A DNA stretch of 64,000 bases from Parcubacteria group bacterium. GTDB taxonomy: Bacteria > Patescibacteriota > Minisyncoccia > Moranbacterales > GCA-2747515. Each line of letters starts with the position of its first letter. Positions within the stretch are counted from its first letter, which is position 1. The stretch covers positions 292-64,291 of the forward strand of contig JBAZXC010000005.1 of the NCBI GenBank assembly GCA_041660065.1. The letters are read 5' to 3'. This document shows, piece after piece, positions 19,611-27,357 of this stretch. A program made the translations under genes and the position numbers. The notes below the pieces were generated by a model. That model ran no database searches and was not told the DNA's origin. It saw only the letters and a program-made list of their open reading frames with translations.

Positions 19611-20303
19611 TTATTGAATTTTTTTGATCACATCGCGAAAGCGGAGATATTCACTCAAGCGCAATCCAGTCCATTTTCCGATGAAGAGATTAATTGGGAT
19701 AATGAGGAGCACGACCCATGTGTGGATGAGTGTAAAACGGATGATCGTTTGTCCGATGATTGTTGTCGGAGAAAGGATCGTATATCCGACAAGAGCAATA
19801 AAAAGAGTTTCAACGGCAAGGAGGAGTGCAGTGCGAGAACCTTTTTCAATTTGCACGGTTACAAATTTTTCCACAAGCATAATGATGATAAGAATGGGAA
19901 AAACCGGCGCAGAAGAGAACCCTGTGCGACCTGTGCTACCACCAAATGCTAAAATTGCCAAAACGGCGAAAGAGACAACGGTGAGCGTGATGGCAACGCG
20001 AGGCAGGTAGAGAAGACGAAATTTTTTCAAAACATACCGCATCATCATGCCGACAAAAATGACGGTCACATAAACCATGATGGCGTATTTGATATCCGAC
20101 CAACGCTGTTGACCGATAAAGACGAATGCGAGTGTGATAATGGATGGCGTATAAATACCAAACGCTTGGATGCCAACAATTTGACGTAGTACAACAACGA
20201 CAGTAACGATCACAGGAAAAAGCAAGAGAAGTGTGATCGTTGAGATCTCAACATGCTGTGCCAATAAAAAATGGATCAGAGGATTATAATATGGTTCATA
20301 CAT
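19611..20303 (-). CDS. 7-TM membrane protein (partner of the RimK-like ligase)
   Basis: Seven hydrophobic helices. The start was moved to internal ATG 20303 (MYEPYYNPL), because the longest ORF would overlap ruvC by 89 nt. Confidence 0.5.
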   Translation of the reverse strand: MYEPYYNPLIHFLLAQHVEISTITLLLLFPVIVTVVVVLRQIVGIQAFGIYTPSIITLAFVFIGQQRWSDIKYAIMVYVTVIFVGMMMRYVLKKFRLLYLPRVAITLTVVSFAVLAILAFGGSTGRTGFSSAPVFPILIIIMLVEKFVTVQIEKGSRTALLLAVETLFIALVGYTILSPTTIIGQTIIRFTLIHTWVVLLIIPINLFIGKWTGLRLSEYLRFRDVIKKIQ

Positions 20304-20808
20304 AAGTGTGGAAATTAATTGTTTGTAAATATTTGCGTGAGTTACTGTGGCAAAGAGCAACGGCAAGGGCATCGGCCGTATCATCCGGTGTGGGAACTTT
20401 TTTTAATTTTAACACGTTTCTGATCATTTCTTGCATTTGGCTTTTATTTGCGCGGCCGTATCCCGTCAATGATTGTTTGATTTGTAGCGGCGTGTATTCA
20501 CCAATCACGAGTTTATGAGAAAAACATGTGTGTAGGATCACGCCACGCGCTTGCGCAACAGTGATGATCGTTTTTGCATTTTTGAAATAAAACAATGTTT
20601 CGAGTCCAGCCTCATGTGGTTTGTATGTATTGATCAGATCAGTGATTCCTGAAACGATTTCCGCAAGTCGTGTAGCATCGGACAGTGTCGAAAGTGTTTC
20701 AATGTGTCCATAGGCAACAACCTTGTTGGAAAGTTTTTGCGGATCATGATCGATCACGCCCCATCCTACAATTGCTGTGCCGGGATCTATGCCTAGTATA
20801 CGCACCAT
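20296..20808 (-). CDS. ruvC: Holliday junction resolvase RuvC
   Basis: 'ILGIDPGTAIVGWGVI' N-terminus and RuvC length. ATG at 20808 chosen; the TTG at 20829 is the track start. Confidence 0.85.
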   Translation of the reverse strand: MVRILGIDPGTAIVGWGVIDHDPQKLSNKVVAYGHIETLSTLSDATRLAEIVSGITDLINTYKPHEAGLETLFYFKNAKTIITVAQARGVILHTCFSHKLVIGEYTPLQIKQSLTGYGRANKSQMQEMIRNVLKLKKVPTPDDTADALAVALCHSNSRKYLQTINFHTYV

Positions 20809-20840
20809 AATTTTATTTTTAACATTCAACTATAGCACAT

Positions 20841-21539
20841 TTAAGCAACGTTGTCAAAGATTTCCACCACATCGTCAAGGTTGTCAATGAGGTCATACAG
20901 TTTTTTGTATGCACCTTTATCATTTTCACTTAATTGTATTGTTTGCGTAGGATTATAGACAAGTTTTGCTTCGGTAACATCATCTGTAATGTGTGAAAGT
21001 ACGGCATGTAATTCTTGTGGTTTGGTAATAATGATTACAGAATGATCCTCAACAAAAACGTCATCAGCACCAGCATCAATTGCCGTCATTTCTGCCGTGT
21101 CAACATCTTGTGATGCAGTGACAATGTACCCAACGTAATCAAATTGAAAGGCGACGCTTCCGCTTGGTACAAATTTTCCATTGTTTTTTTTGAGAATAGT
21201 TTTGATTTCTGTGAGCGTGCGATTGGTGTTGTCCGTGGCGCAGGCAATCATCATTGCAACGCCACCCGGACCCATGGCCTCATACACAACCTCCTCAATG
21301 CGCGCACTATCTGTGCCACTGCCACGCTTGATCGCACGGTCGATATTATCTTTTGGCATATTTGTCTTGCGCGCTTGATCGATTGCGATGCGTAGAGCAT
21401 TGTTTGTAATCACATCTGATCCGCCGTTTTGTACAGCAACGGCAATGATCTTGGCAATGCGTGTAAACACTTTTGATCGTTTGGTATCTTGTGCTTCTTT
21501 GCGATGTTTAATACCCGACCATTTATTATGTCCTGACAT
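20841..21539 (-). CDS. yebC: YebC/PmpR family transcriptional regulator
   Basis: 232 aa beginning 'MSGHNKWSGIKHRK'; the classic yebC-ruvC pairing. Confidence 0.85.
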   Translation of the reverse strand: MSGHNKWSGIKHRKEAQDTKRSKVFTRIAKIIAVAVQNGGSDVITNNALRIAIDQARKTNMPKDNIDRAIKRGSGTDSARIEEVVYEAMGPGGVAMMIACATDNTNRTLTEIKTILKKNNGKFVPSGSVAFQFDYVGYIVTASQDVDTAEMTAIDAGADDVFVEDHSVIIITKPQELHAVLSHITDDVTEAKLVYNPTQTIQLSENDKGAYKKLYDLIDNLDDVVEIFDNVA

Positions 21540-21622
21540 AGAGAAGTTTTTCTAAGAGTTTAATAGTGAAATTGATTGAGTGTTTTTATATTCTCATTTT
21601 TTTATTTTTTGCGCAAGATTTT

Positions 21623-23134
21623 TTATTGTACGTCATGTTTTGGGGTACCTGTGCAGAAATTATATACAGATGCGTCAGATGGCACAATGGAGGGAATATC
21701 GCATCGATTTGTATCTTGTGTGAGTGTGTATGATGGAAACAAATACTGTTGTTTGTAAAACGAGGGGACAAATTCTGCAATTTTTTTATCAACGCCAGAG
21801 AGAGTATGTGTGATCAATGCATTTATTTTTTCAAAAAGAACAACAAAAAAAGATAATTGTGAGCGCGCGAAAGAGGTGTGCATGTGAGGGTTGTAAATAG
21901 CATCGTAGGCAATGGTTTGCTCGGCAGTTTGTTGTGTGAGCAATTGTTCATTGGCGATGGCGCGCATGATAATTGCAAGAGTTTGCTGCTGTTTTGCGCG
22001 ATCTTTTGGGATGGTCCACTGCCATGTGTTGCCGATTAGCTCATAGGTAGCATTATCGGAAATAGTATCTGTTGTGTCTCCATAAGATATGTGATCGGAC
22101 ACGGATCCATCCGGTCGGCGCAATTCGATCACGCCGGTTTTGTTGGGGAGGGTAATGGCGGCATATGTATGTGTGATCATTTTTGTGGCGCCTTTTTTGA
22201 TCGTAATATGTTGACTGATTGGATGATTGACCAGCGTCTTTTTTGTTGAGCCGGTCGCGATGCTCCATCCATAAAGATCGAGAGAATCTTTTTCTGCATT
22301 GTGCAATAAAAGATACTCATTGCCCGTATCTTTGCCGGCAGGATTTGGGACAATTTTTGTAATTTTCAATTTATATTTTGGATATTTTGTGACAACAACG
22401 GTAAAATTCTGCACAATGTCCTCGCTGTCATCTTGCACGCGCACAGAGCCGTAGTATGTTCCTGCAGTTTCATATTTGTGGCGCGTTTCCCATACATAGC
22501 TTCGGTGGCCATCGCCAAAGTCCCAGCGTACTTTTAATTTTTCACCATCGATATCTGTTGCACGTATTGAAAAATCCGCGTAGACATTTGTGTAGGCAAT
22601 TTTTTGTATGACGGTTTTTGTAAGGATAGGAAGATTATTAAAGACGTTTGGCTTTTGTGGCGTGAGAAATTTGCTCCAGCGCCATGATTGGTTTGTGAGA
22701 TCAAAATTAAAAGAAAGGTTTTCTCGAGAGGATTGATATGAAGTGGTGCTGACGATTTTTTCGTTCGGTGCGATAAGGGATATTGTTTCATTGCTGTTAT
22801 TGAGTGCAAAGATGAATTGTGTGCGGAAGATCACAATGTAAGTGTGTGCTTCAATAATAGTACTGTGTGTAAATGTATAGGATCCGGTAGAAGAGGCATC
22901 ATGCAATGTCCAATTTTTGAGATCAGCAGAAATATCATTGGGGTTGTAAATCTCAATAAACTCGTTGGTTTCCTCGTCATTAAGCGGATTTGGCAATATC
23001 TCACTCAATAATAGTTGCGGATATGATTGTGTTCGCGGATCTGGCGTATTGGATGTATCCGGAGTCATTTCTGCCCAATACCAATCAGGAGCGTTATTCA
23101 GCGATAATCCCTCGTGCGCTTGTGTGTACGACAC
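21623..23134 (-). CDS. lamin-tail-domain (LTD) repeat surface protein, 3' portion of a frameshifted gene
   Basis: Contains two LTD units ('LLSEILPNPLNDEETNEFIEIYNP', 'KIVPNPAGKDTGNEYLLLHN'). Reading frame continues from ORF 23190..24146 after a 1-nt frameshift near 23225. Confidence 0.6.
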   Translation of the reverse strand: MSYTQAHEGLSLNNAPDWYWAEMTPDTSNTPDPRTQSYPQLLLSEILPNPLNDEETNEFIEIYNPNDISADLKNWTLHDASSTGSYTFTHSTIIEAHTYIVIFRTQFIFALNNSNETISLIAPNEKIVSTTSYQSSRENLSFNFDLTNQSWRWSKFLTPQKPNVFNNLPILTKTVIQKIAYTNVYADFSIRATDIDGEKLKVRWDFGDGHRSYVWETRHKYETAGTYYGSVRVQDDSEDIVQNFTVVVTKYPKYKLKITKIVPNPAGKDTGNEYLLLHNAEKDSLDLYGWSIATGSTKKTLVNHPISQHITIKKGATKMITHTYAAITLPNKTGVIELRRPDGSVSDHISYGDTTDTISDNATYELIGNTWQWTIPKDRAKQQQTLAIIMRAIANEQLLTQQTAEQTIAYDAIYNPHMHTSFARSQLSFFVVLFEKINALITHTLSGVDKKIAEFVPSFYKQQYLFPSYTLTQDTNRCDIPSIVPSDASVYNFCTGTPKHDVQ

Positions 23135-23189
23135 AGTAGAGATTGTTTTACCGTTTGGTGCGATGAGTGAGACTGTTTCGTCACCACTG

Positions 23190-24146
23190 TTATTGAGCGC
23201 AAATCCGAATGTGCTGCGATATACGATCTAAATATGCATGTGCATCGATTGTCGCATCACCAAAAAGATATGTTCCAGTTGCCGTTGCATCTTTGATCAT
23301 CCAATTTTCTAGTGATGCAGATGTATCAAAAGGATTGTAGATCTCAATGAATTCATCAGTTTCTTCATTGTCGATCGGGTCAGGGAGAAGCTCGTTAAGC
23401 ATGAGCGCGGGATAATCTTTTGTGAGGGGATTTTCCATATTTTCTGCATGTGGCGTCGGAGATTCTTCATACCACTGCGAATCGTCATAATTCCACGACA
23501 ATCCCTCGTGAGATGTTGTATATGCATAGTGTGCGATGCGGATGTGGTCCGCGTTATCCACAAAGATTTCTTCGTCGCTGTTGTTGAGCACAAAAGAAAA
23601 ATCTCGTTGATTGTACAGTGTGAGATAGTCGTGTGGCGCTAGTATGATATTGCCAAATGTGAAACGCTTCGATGGACTTGCGATGCCGGTTTTATCATAG
23701 ATTTCCCAATCTTTTAAATCGACAGTGCTATCGCTGTCATTGTATAATTCGATAAATTCATTGCCTGTGTCCGATCCGGACGGGTTTGCTAAAATTTCAT
23801 TGATGCGGATAGCGTCTGCAGTCAAAGATCTTGCAGTTTTTTCTGTAAGAATTTTTTGTGGTTCATTGGGTGTTGGCGGTGTTGGCGTTTCTGTGGGATC
23901 GAGGATTGTATCAAGCGGTGATGAAGGGGCGCCTTCTTCCAATGGGATTGAGGGCAGCTGTTCAGAAGGGGACACTTCTTCTCTCTCTTCCATTGTGAGA
24001 GGAAGATCATTTTTTGGTGTTGGTGTCTCTTGAATAGGAGGAACTGAAACGGGCGGATCGGTTGATGTGGGCGTGTCAGCACATGTATAGAATGGCGGTA
24101 TGCCAATGAGCAAAACAAACAAAATGACACGAAAGACTATGCGCAT
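23190..24146 (-). CDS. secreted lamin-tail-domain repeat protein, 5' portion of a frameshifted gene
   Basis: Signal peptide (MRIVFRVILFVLLIG), a Pro/Thr-rich linker, then LTD units ('INEILANPSGSDTGNEFIELYND', 'LNELLPDPIDNEETDEFIEIYNP'). The last LTD is truncated by the frameshift. Confidence 0.6.
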   Translation of the reverse strand: MRIVFRVILFVLLIGIPPFYTCADTPTSTDPPVSVPPIQETPTPKNDLPLTMEEREEVSPSEQLPSIPLEEGAPSSPLDTILDPTETPTPPTPNEPQKILTEKTARSLTADAIRINEILANPSGSDTGNEFIELYNDSDSTVDLKDWEIYDKTGIASPSKRFTFGNIILAPHDYLTLYNQRDFSFVLNNSDEEIFVDNADHIRIAHYAYTTSHEGLSWNYDDSQWYEESPTPHAENMENPLTKDYPALMLNELLPDPIDNEETDEFIEIYNPFDTSASLENWMIKDATATGTYLFGDATIDAHAYLDRISQHIRICAQ

Positions 24147-24220
24147 AAAAAAAATTATAAACAGGAAACATCTTTTTGTTTTTGCATGGTTTTTTATCTT
24201 AGCAAAAATAATATAATTGT

Positions 24221-24247
24221 CAAAAAAAGCCGTATTTACGGCTTTTG
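24221..24247 (-). terminator. intrinsic terminator
   Basis: AAAGCCGTA-tt-TACGGCTTT hairpin followed by a T7 tract on the minus strand, after the 24271..24822 gene. Confidence 0.5.
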
Positions 24248-24270
24248 ATGTGCAGTGTCAATAAAAGATC

Positions 24271-24822
24271 TCACATGCCACTACCGGTAATTTGCTCCAA
24301 GCTCTTTTTGCGTTGTTGTGTAACAATTTGCGATTTGATTTCATAAGGGTTGCCGACAGAACGGAATATAAAACGGGATTGTTCAGCAGCAGTTTGCACA
24401 GTCAAATCGCCAAAATTAAAAATTGTGGGGAAAAAGCCTTTGACTTCTGTGGACACATCTTGGATCGAACGATATTTAAGCTCGCTCACTTGTCGAGAAA
24501 AGAGACCTTTTTGTTCGACGTTGACGATGCGTTCTGTGGTCATGATCCAAATGTCGAGATAATAATCAAACCAAATGACAAAACCGTAAATCCACATAAG
24601 AAGCGCAAAGAATGTTTGGAGAAAATAAAAAAGTGTTTTGGCGCCTTCATCGATGAATTCTGTAAAAATATAGGGATATAATATGATACTAAGAAACATT
24701 GTTCCCAAAAGCGCATAAATGGGCATGAATTGGATCACGATGTTGAACCAGTGTCTATGAATGATGCGAATGATCTGTTCATTCGGATTTTGCGATGTGA
24801 AATAATAATCCAATGGTTTCAT
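24271..24822 (-). CDS. membrane protein with bacterial PH-like (YdbT/bPH_2-type) domain
   Basis: Two N-terminal TM helices followed by a roughly 90-aa soluble domain; family assignment tentative. Confidence 0.4.
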   Translation of the reverse strand: MKPLDYYFTSQNPNEQIIRIIHRHWFNIVIQFMPIYALLGTMFLSIILYPYIFTEFIDEGAKTLFYFLQTFFALLMWIYGFVIWFDYYLDIWIMTTERIVNVEQKGLFSRQVSELKYRSIQDVSTEVKGFFPTIFNFGDLTVQTAAEQSRFIFRSVGNPYEIKSQIVTQQRKKSLEQITGSGM

Positions 24823-24827
24823 ATTTT

Positions 24828-25052
24828 TTAATATAAATTACTGCTAGAAAAGATCTCATCAAAAGGAATAGAAACAAAAAGAGAAAAATTGACGATCACA
24901 AGGGCAATCGTTGTCACAATAAAAAAGATGATGAGTGGCTTGGTAAAGGATGGGTTGATGGAGTATTCTTGTAGTCGCGTAACAATAAAAAAACTTGCGA
25001 GCATAATTGTGAGAACAAAGAGGATATAGATGATGGCAAAAAGGAGTAGCAT
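24828..25052 (-). CDS. small 2-TM membrane protein
   Basis: 74-aa hydrophobic ORF between ruvB and the bPH gene, on the same strand. Confidence 0.35.
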   Translation of the reverse strand: MLLLFAIIYILFVLTIMLASFFIVTRLQEYSINPSFTKPLIIFFIVTTIALVIVNFSLFVSIPFDEIFSSSNLY

Positions 25053-25068
25053 AAGATTTTATGATGAG

Positions 25069-26085
25069 TTAGCGTTTTAATTGGGCATAGCCATGATCGG
25101 TCACGATGCGTCCGCGCGGAGAACGTTCAAGAAAGCCTCTTTGCATGAGATATGGCTCATAAACATCCTCAATGGTTTGAACTTCCTCTGAAAGTGCATT
25201 GGCGATTGTCTGGATGCCAACGGGACCGCCGTTGAATTTGTCGATAATAAGTGTCAAAAACTCCCGATCAGTCGGCTCAAGACCATTGTCATCGATATCA
25301 AGCATCTCGAGCGCTTGTTGGGCGACATGGGCATTGATCACATCATGTTCATGCACTTCTGCCCAGTCGCGGGCACGCTTTAAGAGGCGATTGGCGATGC
25401 GCGGTGTCTGGCGTGCGGCACGCGCAAGACAGAGAGCGCCGGCATCATCGATCGCACATGTGAGAATCGATGCACTGCGTGCAATGATCCTCTCAATATC
25501 CTCTTGTTTATAGAATTCCAAGCGATGGATCACGCCAAAACGATCGCGAAGCGGTCCTGTGAGATTGCCCATGCGCGTTGTTGCACCAATGAGGGTGAAT
25601 TTTGGCAGATCGATCTGCAATGCCTGTGCACTGGGTCCTTTGCCTACGATGAGATCGAGTTTGTGATCTTCCATTGCCGGATAGAGCACCTCCTCAACTA
25701 CTTTGTTGAGGCGGTGGATCTCATCGATAAAAAGTACATCGCCATCTTGCATGTTGGTGAGAATCGATCCGAGATCGCCGACGCGTTCGATTGCCGGTCC
25801 GGATGTCGTTTTGATATTGACATTCATCTCGCGCGCAATGATGTTGGCAAGTGTCGTTTTGCCCAGCCCCGGCGGTCCGTAGAGGAGGATGTGTTCTAGC
25901 GGTTCTTTGCGCTTTTTTGCGGCGTCGAGGAAGATGCGGAGTTGTTTTTTGATCTTTTCTTGTCCGACGTATTCACTAAGTTTTTGTGGACGAAGTGTAT
26001 AATCAATGGTGAATTCACTCGGAATTGCCGGTTCTTGTGGTTGCGTGTCGCTCTCTGCGCTGTGATCATGCGTAATAAGTGTCAT
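25069..26085 (-). CDS. ruvB: Holliday junction branch migration ATPase RuvB
   Basis: '[14 protein letters not shown]', '[11 protein letters not shown]' and a RuvB C-terminal winged helix. Confidence 0.95.
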   Translation of the reverse strand: MTLITHDHSAESDTQPQEPAIPSEFTIDYTLRPQKLSEYVGQEKIKKQLRIFLDAAKKRKEPLEHILLYGPPGLGKTTLANIIAREMNVNIKTTSGPAIERVGDLGSILTNMQDGDVLFIDEIHRLNKVVEEVLYPAMEDHKLDLIVGKGPSAQALQIDLPKFTLIGATTRMGNLTGPLRDRFGVIHRLEFYKQEDIERIIARSASILTCAIDDAGALCLARAARQTPRIANRLLKRARDWAEVHEHDVINAHVAQQALEMLDIDDNGLEPTDREFLTLIIDKFNGGPVGIQTIANALSEEVQTIEDVYEPYLMQRGFLERSPRGRIVTDHGYAQLKR

Positions 26086-26147
26086 AGCCGTTTTTGCTTT
26101 TTAAGAAAGGAAAAGTAAGGGTTCTACGTAGTATATTGTAGCACCTC

Positions 26148-26176
26148 TTGACAGGATTTCAAAGGTATGCTAAGAT
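26148..26176 (+). promoter_or_regulatory. sigma70-type promoter (TTGACA-17-TAAGAT)
   Basis: TTGACA at 26148-26153, a 17-bp spacer, and TAAGAT at 26171-26176. Confidence 0.45.
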
Positions 26177-26182
26177 AGTAAG

Positions 26183-26456
26183 TCCTGTTAGGATGTGTTT
26201 AAAAATTGATGTTTTTGTATCTGTAGGCACAACTATGGGCTTTTCTATCTTTGAAGCTCATATCGGAAGATGTTCGTCCAGATCGGGTTCTTGTGGTTTC
26301 GGCTGCGGCTCTCCTCGATGCTTCTTCTCCCCGCATGCGTCATCGACCATGCGGGTATGCTGCCTACGGTTTCAACTAAGGAGGTAGCAACTGTCTACAG
26401 ATACAAAAACAGCAACAAACAGCAAATAAACCCCGCCACTTTGGCGGGGTTTTTTA
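26183..26456 (+). ncRNA. candidate structured small RNA or 5' leader of unknown class
   Basis: A roughly 275-nt transcript is predicted from the consensus promoter to the intrinsic terminator CCCCGCCActtTGGCGGGG+T6 at 26431-26455. It contains an 8-bp hairpin (CCCGCATG...CATGCGGG) and an AAGGAGGT element with no following start codon. No tmRNA, RNase P or SRP signature is recognisable. Confidence 0.3.
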
Positions 26457-26509
26457 CATGACATTTATACAGCATGATATAATTAAGAATATTTTTAAAA
26501 ACAATATGT

Positions 26510-27313
26510 ATGAATAATTCAGGTGAAAATGGAGAAAAGATCCCGCATAATTTTGTGGAACAAAACATTCAAGAGGGTCAAATGGATATCCCGTATGTTA
26601 CACCAGAAGATCGACGTAATGCAAAGAAACAGTTGGAAAAACCGCTAGCGGTGGAAGAGGGTGAGGATGGTGAAACAAAACTGTCTGCGGAAAATGCAAA
26701 GATCACGATACAAAAAACGAACTTGGATCAGAGAGAGGCGGATGAACTTGCCGAGTTTAAACGCAAAAATGAACATGGTCTTGGCAACAGTAAGAATGAT
26801 GTAAGCGTGCGGGAATTGCCAAATGCTGAAGAATGGCAACGGTTGGATCGTTTTGTTGTGAATAATGGACAAGAGGAAAAAGATTTCACCAAGATCATGC
26901 CGGAAATGCGTCATTACAAAATATTTTTTTGTCCTTCGCTTGCACAAGACAAGCACTCCGTGGCAACGGACGAGGCAAATAAAAATATTTATGTTATGGG
27001 TAACATGACGTCACTTCTCGACATTGTGGAATTGTTGCACAAAATTGGACATGTGTGGGAAAGTAGCGGTATGGATAGTAATGTGGAAAATATGGATTCT
27101 CAGGATGCTATGCTCAAAAAAGAATATAACGCAACACACTTTACTATGAAAATGTTGAAGCCGTTTTTGGTCGGTCAAAATGGTAAAAATATCGAAAATG
27201 TCGTGTATGGCAATTACCATGAATATGTAGAAGAAATGAATGGATCTGTGCAAGATCCTCATCACAAAAATGTGCGCGACGGGCAAATCGATCGTCCGGA
27301 GCTGGAGAAGTAA
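26510..27313 (+). CDS. hypothetical acidic protein
   Basis: 267-aa ORF with good coding character and no recognisable motif. Confidence 0.5.
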   Translation: MNNSGENGEKIPHNFVEQNIQEGQMDIPYVTPEDRRNAKKQLEKPLAVEEGEDGETKLSAENAKITIQKTNLDQREADELAEFKRKNEHGLGNSKNDVSVRELPNAEEWQRLDRFVVNNGQEEKDFTKIMPEMRHYKIFFCPSLAQDKHSVATDEANKNIYVMGNMTSLLDIVELLHKIGHVWESSGMDSNVENMDSQDAMLKKEYNATHFTMKMLKPFLVGQNGKNIENVVYGNYHEYVEEMNGSVQDPHHKNVRDGQIDRPELEK

Positions 27314-27357
27314 ACAATAAAAAACTGATTACATAAGGTAATCAGTTTTTGTTTTGT

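Noticed and set aside
26148-26387. 79-aa Cys-rich ORF (MTGFQRYAK...CSSRSGSCGFGCGSPRCFF...) that could be a small peptide or RiPP precursor
   Set aside because: It begins upstream of the predicted -10 element of the promoter that drives this region. It has no Shine-Dalgarno sequence at either internal Met, and its cysteines arise from GC-rich hairpin arms (CGGCTGCGGCTC and CCGCATGCG). It is more likely an artefact of a structured non-coding region.
26183-26456. Assignment of the candidate RNA to tmRNA, RNase P RNA, SRP RNA or 6S RNA
   Set aside because: Hallmark sequences are absent: the tRNA-like UUCGAC and 3' CCACCA of tmRNA, GGAAAGUCCGGGC of RNase P P4, and AGGAAGCAGC of SRP domain IV. The class is left open.
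26510-27313. Linking the 267-aa acidic protein to pilus assembly because it converges on the fused PilB gene
   Set aside because: There is no transmembrane segment, pilin-like N-terminus or recognisable secretion-system motif. The adjacency is convergent, not operonic.
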